Positions 1-14,067 of a stretch of DNA of 64,000 nucleotides are shown one piece after another (the stretch's first letter is position 1; each line of letters starts with the position of its first letter). The notes under the pieces are model-generated. The model saw only the letters and a list, made by a program, of their open reading frames with translations, was not told where the DNA came from and did no database searches. A program made the position numbers and the translations under genes. The stretch comes from Selaginella moellendorffii (taxonomy: Eukaryota; Plantae; Lycopodiophyta): positions 248,899 through 312,898 of the forward strand of contig NW_003314276.1 in NCBI RefSeq assembly GCF_000143415.4, written 5' to 3'.

Positions 1-220
1 GGGGTTCCAAATGTATAGTAGGGATAGTGGTTGAAGTGTATATTCGACCACCTAAGACATTACTTTAGCTCCCACTAGGTTTTGTCGCTCCTTGTTTTGT
101 GTCTAGCTTGGGTTTAAGCCCAAGCTCCATACTGCTCTAGTCAATGGGGTACCCTCCTCTTCACATTAAGCCACTAGTATGCCAAAATTGTGCCAAACAC
201 TATCTGACACTATTTTGCAT
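1..220 (+). mobile_element. Truncated LTR fragment, family C (same family as the LTRs at 7927 and 14068)
   Basis: Opens with GGGGTTCCAAATGTATAGTAGGGATAGTGG and follows the family C LTR sequence at ~8527-8720, with many substitutions. Confidence 0.6.
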
Positions 221-3184
221 ACAGGTGTTGGATACGGGGAGCTAGTGCTTGTGGGATTGTATCAAACCCTCGTTTTGTAGCACAATGGGCTTAGACTTCA
301 ACTCTAAATTCAAGTGTGTTACACTAGTACAAGTCGATTGTCGCTAATAAGGAGTAGCTTCAAGAACCAAGTCAATCTCATGCTGAATTCCTCATTCGGG
401 AGGCAAACCATCAAGTAACTCATTTAGAAATACATCACAAAACTCCTCTTGAATAGAATCCACCCAAGCTCCATACCTACAAATGTATTCCAAATTGGAC
501 ATGATTATATTAGAAAGAAACAGGCACACCATGAAAGAACAAGGTATCTTAAGTGTGTATGTCACCAACTCCAAAGCATTAATCAAGGGAGTATCATTAT
601 TGTCTATCCTAACAATCTCTTTCACAGTGTTACTATTAAGCACCAGGTTAGAATAATAAGATAAAGAAAGAGCCTTACAATCAAGTGATCACCCCTTTAG
701 CCAATTTGTTTTGGGTGTAAGGGATAGGATCCTAACAATCACCAACTTCAATACATAGGATATTACTCTCCTAATTAATCCCTAGCTTCCTATCAAAGAA
801 CTATTCCTTCCCAAGAATAACATCTATGCAACTAAGATGTATAATCTAGAAGGAAGGATGGTCGAGAATCCCTTGAACCATCAAAGGAACACTCAGAGCT
901 TATTCACCATAAATACAAGTGTTACATCCATCTACTATAACTATCTTATAGATTATTGAACTCTTTTTCATAGGTAAACCAAGCTTCTTCACCACCTTGG
1001 AGCTCAAAAAGTTATGAGTAGCACCTAAATAAAAAAAATACTAATAGCATTACCCTGAATGTCCCCTTTAGCCTTCATAAGTTAATTACACATAGAACCA
1101 TTAAGCTCTATAGAGTTGATACAAACTCAAGACTTAGATTCTTGAACTTTTGCCATAGGGTTTGGAAGAGCCACCATAGCAAATGCTTGAGCCATATTTA
1201 TAATGAATTCCACCACATTCACCTTAGCATTTTTTGATCCCTTCATAAGAGGATAATCCTTGCAATGATATACAGCCTTGTAACAATAAAAATAATTACC
1301 CCCTAACTTATCCTTTTCACACTAGTCTAAACAAGATTTTCTGCCCTTATGACCATCTCCACTCTTCAAGCCACAATAGAACAATGGCTATTTCTTCCCA
1401 AATATGAAGCATTGGTGGGTTGGTCATCACGTTGATTACCCTGTAGACCATCACATTGACCATAGTTAACCAAGTTGATTGATGGTTTTGGTGAAAATAT
1501 CTAAGCCTTATTGATAGCACCAGTTAATGTGTAAGTGACTAATTTTTCCATTTTACTTTAGTCACTTAACCAAATCTTTGACCATTTGGAGGAGTCTCAT
1601 TCATAACCTCCATAAATCTAATTCTTGACTTGGGCACATGAATACCACCTATGCCACTCCACCTTTACACTAGGTCCAAATGCTCCATGTGTCCAATCTT
1701 ATGACTGACACCCAAAGGTATCACCAACATATCAACCCATTACACTAAAGCCAGGCCCATTCACCCTTGTCACATCAGTAATCCAAGAGCACATGCATCA
1801 TAGTCCCATCTCTTAAAAATTGAGCCTTGAGTGGTCATCTCTTAACTACACCTTAGCACCCTTAGGATGCTCGAAGACGCAAGGAACACCCTTCCCCAAT
1901 GTCCCTTCTTTAGTTCCCACTAAATCCTTCATCCACAACTGTGCTTGCAAACACCATCACTGGGTCAGGGTATAAAGGCCCGACTGCTAAGTCCCACTAA
2001 CCTCTAGGACTTCCTCACCATGTGATTGTATCTTGGTCACACTAAACAAGAGGATTTCTTCCTTTCCACACTTTGGAACTTTAAGACAACATTTTGAAAC
2101 CCTGTTGCCCTATACGGGCCTTATGAATACTCTCCCCACTTTCCACCTTTAGATATCCTAGTCATATGGCTAGAGTGAGGTTTTGATGAGCTACGCTAGG
2201 TAACCAAATGTAAGTGACTAATTTTTTCATCCTACTTTAGCCACTTAACCACATTTGACCTCTTGGAGGAGTCTCACTCACAACCTCCATAAATCCTATT
2301 CTAGACTTGGGGCTTGCTATCCCCGAGAATGGCATTCCTGATGCTCAACCTTTGCACTTGGTCCAAGTGCTCAACGTATCTGGTCCCAAGACTGACACCC
2401 CAAGGTACCACCAACATACCAGCCTGTTACGCTAAAGCCATGCCCATTCACTTTGGTCACACTAGTGGTCCAACACCACCTACATTGCAGTCCCATCTCT
2501 CAACAACTAGGCCATCCATCCAAGAGTGACCATCCAAGATCCACTCCTTAGCATCCTTAAGATGCCTGCAGACAGGGGGAACCACGTTCCCCAATATCCC
2601 TTTTACAGTCTCCACCAAGTCCCTTTTCTGTCCATGGCCGAGTTTGCCTACACTGCTACTGGGACAAGGCCCACAGGCCTGACCACTAAGTCCCACTGTC
2701 CTCTGGGACTTTCTCACCACATGACCATATCCTTCGTCACCACATCAGAAGACTACTCCTCTTCCATTTTACAATTTGGGACTTTGGGACAACATTTCAG
2801 AATACCATGGCCTTACGCAAGCCTTGTGGGTACTTTCCCCACTTTCCGCCTTTGTGTGCTCTAGCCATGGGCTTAGAGCGAGGTTCCATTGAGCCACACT
2901 AGGTATCCAAGTAGGTAGTGCCACCCACACTTGGACTGGGAGCATTGATCATTCGATCTCCTGGGGGAACTAGAGCTGGCTCTTGGACACTTTACCAAGC
3001 TACCCCACTTGACAGTCTGTATTCACTCTAGCCTTCGATCTCCCAGTGGTTATCCCATCACCCAACACCTAGGTACAGCCTTTCTGGGCCAAACTGGCTC
3101 CACTGGAGTCCTCCCCCTACTAAATTTTTGGAGCTCACCAAACCCCCCAGAGTCTAGGAGACGAACGCTTTGGGCTTTCACACT

Positions 3185-3640
3185 CAAATTCGGACTCGGA
3201 CTCAGACTCGGACTTAGACTTGGACTTGGACTCAGACTCAGACTTGGACTCAGACTCGGACTCGGACTCGGACTCGGACTTAGACTCGGACTCGGACTCG
3301 AACTCGGACTCGGACTCAGACTCGGACTCGTACTCGGCCTCGGTCTCAGTCCCGGTCTCAGTCTCGGTCCCGGTCCCGATCCCGGTTCCGGTCTCGGTCT
3401 CGGTCTCAACCTCAGACTCCATGTTGGGTCCTTCTCAGAGTCCATCTCGGACTCCAACTCAGTCCATCTCAGACTCCATCTCGGGTCCATCTCAGACTCC
3501 ATCTTGGGTCCATCTCGGACTCCATCTCGGTCCATCTCGAACTCCATCTCGGGTCCATCTTGGCCTCCATCTCAGACTCCATTTCGGGTCCATCTCAAAC
3601 TCCATCTTGGACTCCATCTCGGGTCCATCTCAAACTCCAC
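3185..3640. repeat. Hexamer arrays inside a family A LTR: (GGACTC)n, (GGTCTC)n, (GACTCCATCTCG)n
   Basis: Directly visible tandem 6- and 12-mers. They produce the low-complexity SD/LG/SP ORFs in the track. Confidence 0.95.
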
Positions 3641-5810
3641 CATGTGTCATGTGTTGGTCCTCTTGTGTCCCTTTTCTAGAGACTCTTATTGCTCACTCCA
3701 TGCTCATTCCTTGAGCACTCCATTGGGAGTCTCACTCTCACTCTTGACCTTTCAAGTCGGAGCTTTTAGTCCAAACGTGTTATGCTCGTTTGGCTTTTGC
3801 TTTAGCCACTACCATATGGCACCTTTTTAGCTCCACTTTGGGGCTTAGGGATTTGTGTCTCACAACTCCACCACCCATAAATGAAGTTTGATGTCTTCAT
3901 CGAATGATAAACCATTTTATAAAGTAACATCAGCATGTATTACGTTTTCCATCCTTGGCACCTAGCCAATATTCGTCAATGGTTTGATACCGAAGGCTCG
4001 CCATGCCTTGTCCAACCTCTAAGGAGCATAGTGTCTCCAGCATAGACACTCATTTGACCACCTTATGTGGTACTCTCCCTTTTATTGGTTTAGCTCTTGC
4101 TAAACCCATTAGACACACCTTCTCTAGCTCAATCCCACTACTTTTATTGACTTCTCAAATTCTATTGACATAACAAGTTCAACTTGGAATTTTTAATTTT
4201 GACTTTTCGAAGTCAATTTCCTTGGTGTCTCTGACACTTTTCATTGCACATATTGTGCAACTTCACTTCTCCATCCTAGGAAGTTCTCCATTTGAGGGCA
4301 CCATCATCCTCTTTTCTATTTTGTGCCACCTTTGGCACCAAGTTCCAGCTATCGTAAGTTGTGCTAGAGTTGTCTATAGCCTATCATTTGACTACTTTGC
4401 CGTTCCCTCCTTTAGAGCTTTCACCTTTGCCAACTTGGAGCATTTAGGAATCCATCTTTGGAAGCACACTTTCTTTCTCACAATCTATTAGCATCTAACA
4501 AATTAGTGTTTCATGCCTAACTTTGCCATTTATATTCCTTCCAATGAACTTTATGGCCCACACTTGGCCACTATTTTTTTTCTTTTATCAGTTGATTGTT
4601 GCACTTAGCAACATAGGATTCCTACCTCCATTTTCAAGGTATCCTTTTGGTTCCATGGCAAAGGCTTTACTTTGCTAAGTCTAGAGAGTGCTCACCCCTA
4701 GTAGGTCTCTTTAGCATTTTTTGTTACGGGCTCTGTACACGGCCCAACTTTGCAACCCTCCCATGGGTCTCTCCCAGAGACTATTTTTTTGGACTTACTA
4801 TACCATTGTATTGGCACAACTGATTTCCCTTTAAGTGTCCTTCCCACTTGGTCACCTTAACCAAGTCACACCCTTATTAATAGTTCAAATCAACACTTTG
4901 AACTAAGAAACATATTCCTTAACCTAAACAAAGACTTTATCCTTGTTTAGCCATAAGATCACCTAGTGATCTCATCTTGACTTCTTAACAAGTCTACCAA
5001 TAGTAACTAGGTTTGGATTTGTTCCTCTGACTTGCCACTCTTGCTTAGCAAGTCGTCCGACCAATGTAATATGGTTTTATGCATAAGTGTGAAAGTCCTT
5101 GACCATCGACTTTCATTCAAAGTCATCCCTTTTAACACTCAAGAACTACTTCCCCAACCTTGATAGCATTGCATTATAACAAGCTTCAAGACCACACTTT
5201 TTTGTGCCACTTTGATTTCGCGTGTTCTATGAACCATTTACACTTGGCTTTCTAGATACTACGCTACCTAGAATTGTCTTTGAGAACCTTGAAGGAACTC
5301 TGTCCCTTAGCTTGTTAAGGCCTTTCCTTTCTTAAGCTTTCTAATTACCATATGGTCTAACATGGACAATTCCATGCCTTAGACTCTCTATGGCACCACG
5401 GTTGTTAATAATAACATGCTCAAGCGCCCACTTGATTCTCCACTCCCAACTGATATAACCACCCTTGGTTATACTTTTCAAATTCCTATGGTTTAGTTCT
5501 ATCCCTTTACCACTTGCTTTTGGCCTCACACATTTCCTTCAGTTATTCACCTCCAAACTAGGAGAATAGCTTTGCACTTTCTACCATGCCTTAACAAGTA
5601 TTCTTAGGGATGAACGTACCCGATAGCCTAGGGAGTGGTTCCTCAATCTGGGTATGCTCACCTTATAATCCCACACATTAGGATTAATGTTGCTACATAT
5701 AGGCCTTTATATACCCATCACTTATCTTGCCAAAATCCCATTTTTCACTTTGTCCAATATGGGTAAACGAACTTCTCTTGTCTCTGCAACCTTAGACATT
5801 TGGATAGCAC

Positions 5811-7440
5811 TGTGAGACACAAAATCCCTAGGCCCCAAAGTGGAGCTGGAAGGGTGCCACGTGGTAGTGGCCGAAGCAAAAGCCAAACAAGTGTAACACG
5901 TTTGGACTAAAAGCTCCGACTTGAAAGGTCGAGAGCGGGAGTGGAACTCCCAACAAAGTGCTCGAGGAACAAGCACAAAGTGAGCAATAAGCAAGGCTCC
6001 AAAAAGGGACCCAAAAAGGACCAACACATGACACGTGGAAGTGTCCGAGGTGGAGTCCGATATGGAGTCCGAGATGGAGTCCGAGATGGAGTCCGACATG
6101 GAGTCCGAAGTGGAGTCTGAGATGGAGTCCGAGATGGACCAAGACGGAGTCCGAGATGGAGTCCGAGATGGACCCGAGATGGAGTTCGAGATGGAGTCCG
6201 AGATGGACCAAGATGGAGTCCGAGATGGAGTCCGAGATGGACCCGAGATGGAATCCGAGATGGAGTCCAAGAAGGACCCAAGATGTAGTCTGAGGTCGAG
6301 ACCGAGACCGGGACCGAGACCGAGACCGAGACCGGGACCGAGACCGGGACCGAGACCGAGACCGAGGCGGAGGCCGAGAGCGAGCCCGAGTCCGAGTCCG
6401 AGTCCAAGTCCGAGTCTGAGTTCGAGTCCGAGTTCGAGTCTGAGAGGGTGAAAGCCCAAAGCGTTCGTCTCCTAGACCCTGGGGGGTTTGGTGAGCTCCA
6501 AAAGTATAGTAAGGGGGAGGACTGCAGTGGAGCCAGTTTGGCCAGGAAAGGCCAGTTTGGCCTAGGAAGGCCAGACCCAGTGTTGGGTGATGAACTGACC
6601 ACTGGGAAGTCCAAGACTAGAGTGAATACAGACCGACAAGCGGGGTAGCTTGGTGAAGTGTTCAAGAGCCGGCTCTAGTTCCCCCGGGAGATCGACTGGC
6701 CGATGCTCCCAGTCCAAGTGTGGGTGGCACTACCTACTTGGATACCAGGCATGGCTCAACGGAACCTCGCTCTAAGCCCATGGCTAGAGCACCTAAAGGC
6801 GAAAGGCGGGGAGAGTACCCAGGTGGCTCGCGTAAGGCCACGGTGTTCCGGAATGTTGTCCCAAAGGCCTAGACTGTGGAAAGGAAGAGGAGCAGTCCTC
6901 TGGGGTAGTGACCAAGGACACAGTCGTGTGGTGAGGAAGTCCCAGAGGACCGTGGGACTTAGTGGTCGGGCCGGTGGGCCTCGATCCAATGGTAGTGTTG
7001 GTGAACACGGCCGTGGGCAGAAAGGGACTTGGTGGGAACCAGAAAAGGGATATTGGGGAAGGCTATTCCCCTTGTCTGTGGGCACCCGAAGGATGCTAAG
7101 GAGTGGATCTGGAATGATCACTCATGGACGGATGGTCCAGTCCTTGAGAGATGAGATTGTGATACAGGTGGTGTTAGACCACCGGTATGACCAAGGTAAA
7201 GGGGCATGGCCTTAGCGTAATGGGCTAGTATGTCGGTGGTACCTTGGGGTGTTGGTCTTGGGACCGGACACATGGAGCACTTGGACTAAGTGCAAGGGAT
7301 GAGTGGCATGGATGCCATTCTCGGGGCTAGTAAGTCCCAAGCTCTGAATTGGACTTAAGGAGGTTGTGAGTGAGACTCCTCCAAGTGGTCGAAGGTGTGG
7401 TTAAGTGACTAAAATAGAATGGAAAAATTATTCGCTTACA
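5811..7440 (+). mobile_element. Family A solo LTR (1630 bp)
   Basis: TGTGAGACAC...GCTTACA, the reverse complement of 2209-3864. TSD AGCAC/AACAC (1 mismatch). Hexamer array at ~6050-6445. Confidence 0.9.
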
Positions 7441-9078
7441 AACACCTCCTATCTATCATTCGTTAAGGATTTAATCCCTTGGGCCTTATTTATTGCCCTC
7501 GCGACATCAAACACCACCTCTTAGTGTTCTAGAGTGTTTAGGTGTCATAATGATGGCCTATTTAACAATGAGCATTCCCTTTTATGATATTGACTTACTA
7601 TATCACAACATAAGCAATTTATCCTCCATAAGAGTATATCTAACTTCCTTATGCCATTAAGAAGTCTTGGGTAGCTACCCTCTACCAGTTTAACAAATTA
7701 TTTTGCAACTTTTCTTTAGTTGCCTCATAGTTGTTAAGTCCAACAACTCATTGCTAATGCTTCCACACCTCCATCATTATCTGGGTCACCACACTCCAAT
7801 TGTATGCCTTCCAACTTAGGTTATGCCATTCCCATTTCCATTAGAATTCCTTTGAGAAGGGGGTTCTCGTGAACCCACCAACTTGACCTCAAAGTATTAC
7901 ACCTTGGCATATTTGGTGTTTCCCCATGTCGCGCATGTGACTTCGGGTATCGAAAGTTACCTGTCGGCTAGTCCTTACGGACACTCTTACCTTACTGCCA
8001 CGATGGCAGGAGGTCGGTATTGCTGGACCCATTATCAGTTTCCACCTAAGCTAGTTGAGAAACTGGTCATCACATGTGCACTTAGACCGGAAGGGCACTA
8101 AGGAAGGAAATCCTAAGTTGTCATTTAGTCAAGCAGACTTGACACGGTGATGAGAAACTCATGATGTTGGCTTGCACTTGCTAGTGTTAGGAACCCCCGC
8201 GATATTGAGATTGGTCCCTCAATATTCGCTAGATGATAGCTTACCGTGTCTGCCAAACACCCTCGCTATCATGCCCTTTGTGTTAGTCTCATTTCGGTCC
8301 CAAATACTATTTATGGAAAGTGTCTAGATTTGCTCATTTGGCATATCTACGGAATGTAGAGATCGGCCTGAACACAATGGTGTTCGTCCCGTGTCCAAAT
8401 TCACAATCTAAGGACATTCCATATTTAGTAAGTTTCGAGTTTGTCCCAGAGACTAACTCCTGATACTAAGGGAGGCTTGGGGTGAAAGCCCAAAGCGTGT
8501 GTTCCTCAAGGGGGGGGGGCTATGGGGGGTTCCAAATGTATAGTAGGGATAGTGGGTAGGTCGGGCATGGCCGACCAACCTGAGGCATAGTCTAGCTCCC
8601 GCTTGCGTGCCTGTCCTTGTTCTGCGTCCGGCTTGGGTCTAAGCCCAAGTTCCATTCCATGCTAGTTGGTGGAGTACCCATATCCTCACGTTAGGCCACC
8701 GGTATGCCGAAATAGCGCCAGACTCCGTTTGGCTCCGTTTTGCGTGCTGGTCCTGGCATTGGTATGCTGGTTGCTCCAGGACTGTTCCAAGTCACTCCGG
8801 GCTCCTGTCCCTTCGCTCCTTGGGCTATATGCTCGGGAGTTGCTCCGTGGTCCGGTTTCATCACTCCTTGGCGTCACGCTTGGGAGTTTGGCACCGTTCC
8901 TTCGTTCAGTGGCCCAAGGCCCTGAACCTCGGGTTCCTATGGACACGTGGCACGGACACGTGGTATGTGACACATGGCATCTGTCACGTGGCACAAAGAG
9001 GGTTTAGGTTCCGCTTCGTGGTGTTATCCTATGGTAAATCACCATAGGATAAAGGGTCAAAACCACGTGCGCTACATT

Positions 9079-9089
9079 TGGTATCAGAG
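9079..9089 (+). promoter_or_regulatory. Primer-binding site complementary to initiator tRNA-Met
   Basis: TGGTATCAGAG, 2 nt downstream of the 5' LTR end. Confidence 0.95.
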
Positions 9090-12000
9090 AATGAGTCTCA
9101 GTGAGTACTATTCAATGAGATTGGGCAACTAGTCTCGTTGCATACGCAGAGATGAAAACGATGATCCGAGTGGGTACACGTTTTGGTGCAAAGACTTCGC
9201 ATTGGTTCCTTGGGATAGGTTTTGGTTACCTCTGTGTTTCATAATATGTGAGCTTGTGCTTGGGCTCATAGGATGGTTTGGAGATGTTCCGTTTGCACGA
9301 GTTTGAGCTTGAGGTCGTGAGTGAGGCACATTAGCAACTCGAGGTTACACTTTGAGTTGGCAGGATTAATGTTAGCCTATCAGTGGTTCCATGAGTTGTT
9401 CCATGTACCATAGGTGCAAATAAACTTTCCCTGAGTTTGTTATGAGTGGCAAATAGGCTGGTCCGTAGCTATTTAGCACGGCACTAGTGGATCCTTCCTA
9501 GGCATGATTATAATTGGATCAGTCAAGACTGTAGGGAATAGTCTATTGGTTCAAGTAATCATTGCCGTGCTCTCTCATAAACTTTTCTTGGATTGAACTG
9601 AAGGCAGTGCGAAAGCAAGCTTGAGGTTTGGTCAAAGATGAGACCGAAAAGAGAGTCATCGGGGACGGAGGATCAAATACGTAAATCATTTTCTCTTCTT
9701 GGAGAGATGATTTGCAACGAGGTGTTAACTCATTGCTTGTGTTCACATCATGCAATCAAGAGTCCCTATCTTGATGCATGTTGGAGATGGTGGTTTTACA
9801 ATAGTGAGTTATGGGATGGATAGTGGTGAAACACTAAACCATTTTATCTAGGCTCGCTATTGGAAGACTTGGGTTGCAATGCTCAATTCTTTTCCGGGGA
9901 ACCTTGCTATTGCTCCTTGAGTAGCTTGGTGTTGGATTAGTGTTGAGTTTGGTCGGAAAGAGAGTGGCATGAGCTTGTCCGTGTTGTGAACGAAAGTTAG
10001 TGGTGTTGGGTGTCGTAAACCTCTATTGGTGGAGTGTGGCATTTATGTTGCATTTTGTCGAATCGAGTTGGCATTTGATACTCACATAAACATTTGAAGT
10101 AATGACATAGGCATTGCTCATTGCGTTACTCAATTGATGATCAAGTCATTGTGATGCTTATATCATATCCATGTGATAAAGAGTAATGCGTTTACGAAGT
10201 TGCTTGAGTAAATGATGATCAACCCCAAAGTGGTTGATGGAGAAGCTAGTCTACTTGCACGAAGTAGCATTGTAGTAGCTTTGACTGGATTCTCAATGGT
10301 GGTCCATTATGCTAAGCTTAAGTTGGTACCTTGTTTCCTTAAGTTTGCCCATTAGGTGTTGGTAAAAAGAGTTATAGCATTCACTAGCTATGGCTTGTTG
10401 GTTGATCCATTAACACTTGGAGTAGATTGTTGGATAGAGAAGATGTGTAGTTGGGGCATTGACATCACTAACACTTGTGTTAGTGAAAGTGGCATTGTTA
10501 TTTTAAGTGATGAGGAATTTTCCTTGGACCTTGATTTTCCATGTCATTTTTCTTGTTAGTGTTTTGGCTTCACATTGGATTTTGAAGGTAATCGAAGAAG
10601 AGTGTTAGTGCAATGTGGATATCCGAAGATGTGGTCTTCGTGATCAAGCCTTGGATGTTCCATTTGCATTTTACGGATGTCGGAGTTGGATGTCGAAAGG
10701 ATGGGCAAAAAGATATTCGATGCTTAAGCATATTATTGGTCATGAGAATTTGTGTTGAGGTGAACCTATGTGAAGTCGTTAGTAGGAGGAAGTTGGTTGA
10801 GTCTTGAAAGTTTGCAATCCTGGACTGAGAGTCATTCTTTCTCTAGGATGGGAAATTTTCCACAAATTTTCTTAGACTTTTCCAATAGCTGGTCTATTGA
10901 TCATTTTGTCCGAAAACCATTCCGTTTTCGAAAGCCAATACAAACTAGTGAAGGGTTGGAGTTGACTTCGGTTGGCTTAGATCTTAGTAAGTAGTTTGTA
11001 TGATACGACCCGAAAGGGATGCTGACTTTTGGGGCTAAGACAATTGAGTTGGATAGAGTTTGGAGTTAGTGTAGAAAAGTGGCCGTTGCACTTTTCTAAG
11101 AAGGGTGACTCTTGTGCCTTTCTTTTGTAGCATTATGCTCGGTGGCAAGTTGCACCTTGCATTTTGTTAAGACTCTATGAGAGTAGTGAGCTCTCACTGA
11201 TCTTGACTTGGTCTTGGTGGCCCTGCGCCTTGGCTGAGGATGGTGATGTCCAACTTAGTTGTTTGAGGTTGAGATGTTGGTACCCGTACTATAGCTTTGT
11301 CTATGAGGAGGTTGTGTACCGATATAGATCCATCTCATGGTCTTCACTTTAGTTTCAGCTGAGTGTTGATCATGCATAGCTAGCCTCTTCAAAGCATGCT
11401 CAGAGCTATTGACTAAATGCATTAGTGAGCTTATTGCGGTTGAGTTGGATTCGAGTGGTCATTTAGTTTGTGCTTGTCTATGAACTTTTATCTCGTACCT
11501 GGGGTATTATGTTCATGTTGGACAAGTATATAACTCGATGACATGAGTTAGTGTTCGGGTCTTGTGAAGGCAAGTTGAAGGGCAATTGTTAGTTGCTTTG
11601 CGATTAGTGATTACTTGTAGACTTTGTCAAAAAGACTGTTGATACTTGCTTTGCTCGATGATAATTTAGCAGTGATGGGCTTGCTTTACCGGATGGTGTT
11701 GCGGAGGATCGTGTCGTTAGACTTACATGAGTTTTTCATGTTGGCATGTCGACTCTACCTCTGTTGATATCATTTGGTTACATTTCGTCCGTAGTGTTAG
11801 ATTTCATTGAGTCTTGGACGTGGTGATTCACTCCTTGATGATGTGTTATCTGTCACTAAGTTTTGCTAAAGGATTGGTCTCGGATACTAAGTATAGTATC
11901 TTCAACTTTGGTTAGCTTGGTTGCTGGAAAGCTCCGAGTGGTGATTCACTCTTGCTTTCTTCTAGCTTTGTCCTGATGTTGATGGTATTGAAGTGATGCC

Positions 12001-14054
12001 TTGTCATTGATATTGTTGATATTGAGACTTGAGTGAAATGAAATGTCTTTCCTTATGATTGATATTGAGTTTCATTAGTCTTGATGAAAAGTGTTGGTGA
12101 TTTGGCTTTAGCTTTGTGTTATTGGCATTTGTGCATTTGCTAGTTAGCAACTGTGTTGACGTTCAAATGAACTGAGTGGCAAGTTGAGTTAGTTGTGTTC
12201 TAGATGAGATTGTTTAGTAAGGGTTAAGCTTTGGCTTTTCCTTGAAAAGTGATTTAGTCGTGGACTATGCTAACTTTACGAGATGATGTGTTAGTGATTG
12301 ATATTGAAGTGATTGAATCCTTGTTGGGTTTGAATTGAGATATATCAATCATTGATGATTCATCTTGCGCTTGTTATGAAGTGCATTACGTCTTGCTATA
12401 GATGGATTCATGGAGGATCGATTAGATGATCACTTGTTAAAGCATAGCTTCGTTATGCTTAGCTTTTGGATTGATGCAGAAATGCTCTTCATTAGCTTTG
12501 GCATTATGAAGTTTGGCTTATGGATGTGTTGAGGAAGATATTGTGGGTTGCACCATGATTTCTTCTTTAGCATTGAAGTTAGCTTTTATGAGACTCGTGA
12601 TCATTATTAGGCAAGACTTAGTTATAGGCTTCTTCGAGCTTTTGGTTCTTGAGTTTTGTGCTCATTGTTCCATTTGTTAGAAGTTGTTGGGGAAGGCATT
12701 TTGGCTCATTAGCTTCGATGTTGAAGTTGGTTTTTGCATCTCGCAATCATTGGTGATGATTGACTATCATCTAGGGTAGTTGATTGTCCTTATCACAAGT
12801 TTTGCTTGATTATTGTTGGTTTGGAATTATTTGCTATTCTTCGGGATGGTAGATTCTTTCTTCAACGATGATTATACATCACTACATTGATGGGCTGATT
12901 AACGATCTTTCATGATAGTTAGTTGTTCTCTTTGATGGCTTTTGGCTTTTCGCAATACCACATGTTTTTTGTGGTTTGCTCTGGATTGGTCTCTTGGGTT
13001 TGAGCCATCAGTCGGATGTTGCTGACACTTGCTTAGGCAACTTGAGTTCCTTGGTGTTATTGGCTGGGATCTATCTGGATTGGCTAGTGCGATGATTGGC
13101 ATGAACACTATATTTGTTTGCTTTGCAACATTCATTTTGTTCTGTTGATTATTGCTTGAGTTAGTTTTGATATATTTGGATGTTATTTCCTTTGGGTGAT
13201 ACATTCGCGAGCATTTTGCTTGTCAGTCAATGATACTTTGTGTTCTTTGAGTTATCTTTCGTAAGTTGTTTAGCATTCTGTCTGCAATCTTTAATAGTTA
13301 AACTTTATCATTGAGTTTACTTAATGATATACTTGCTATTGAATTTTGTTTAATGGTGAATCCTATGTTTACCAATTATGCTGATCTTGGTTGTTCTTAT
13401 ACTATAATACTAGTTTATCGGATGATAACTTACTTGGAATACTTTTGTGTTCTAATCTAAGCTTTATTCACTGATAATTAAATCTCTAAAAATATCATTG
13501 TCTATGACTTTGATATTGTCCATCTATTGATCTTTGAGTTTGGGCCAGTAATGGGTAGACTGGCTTCGGCACTTCGTGTGCATGGTGAAATCTCTAGTCA
13601 TGGGGTAGCTACTGTCGACTGGTCACATAACCCGCCTCTTTGTCGATGTTCCTTATTCCGTTGAAAGGGCGTGACCGTGTAAACAACTCTAAACTGCCTG
13701 TTTACAGTAGTCTATCTAAACCTTACCGACGGGTTTGGTTTCTTTGCTTAGGAGGGTTGGGGCCTCTGGCTTCTCTCTCTATGTTCCTGCGGGCAGGGGC
13801 ATATCACACTTTTGTAAGCTGGGTGACTCCCAGAGCAGCAAGGGTGGCTGATTCCATTGGTCATTTCCTTGTCGGCGACGGCCGGAAGGTGTCTAAGCTG
13901 GTAGCGCATCCGCGTTAGACAAAGAGGTTTCCCCCTAACTCATTTAAGTTGGTGCATTTCTCACATAGTGTGAGTACTGTGAACTTTTTATGGAGTTGTT
14001 TGCTTGGCGGTATTCTAGACTCGAGTATGCATCGACGAGGACGTCGATCTTCCC

Positions 14055-14067
14055 AAGGGGGGGAGAG
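14055..14067 (+). promoter_or_regulatory. Polypurine tract
   Basis: AAGGGGGGGAGAG immediately before the 3' LTR. Confidence 0.95.

Noticed and set aside
3009-3830. Long low-complexity ORFs (LG/SD/SP/SE repeats) here and at 5722-6665, 20239-20790, 26775-27112, 44535-44866 and 59385-59667
   Set aside because: They are translations of stop-free hexamer arrays inside LTRs, open in several frames on both strands, and are not genes.
8666-9007. Identical ORF sets at 8666-9047 and 14807-15188
   Set aside because: They result from near-identical LTRs and have no protein features.
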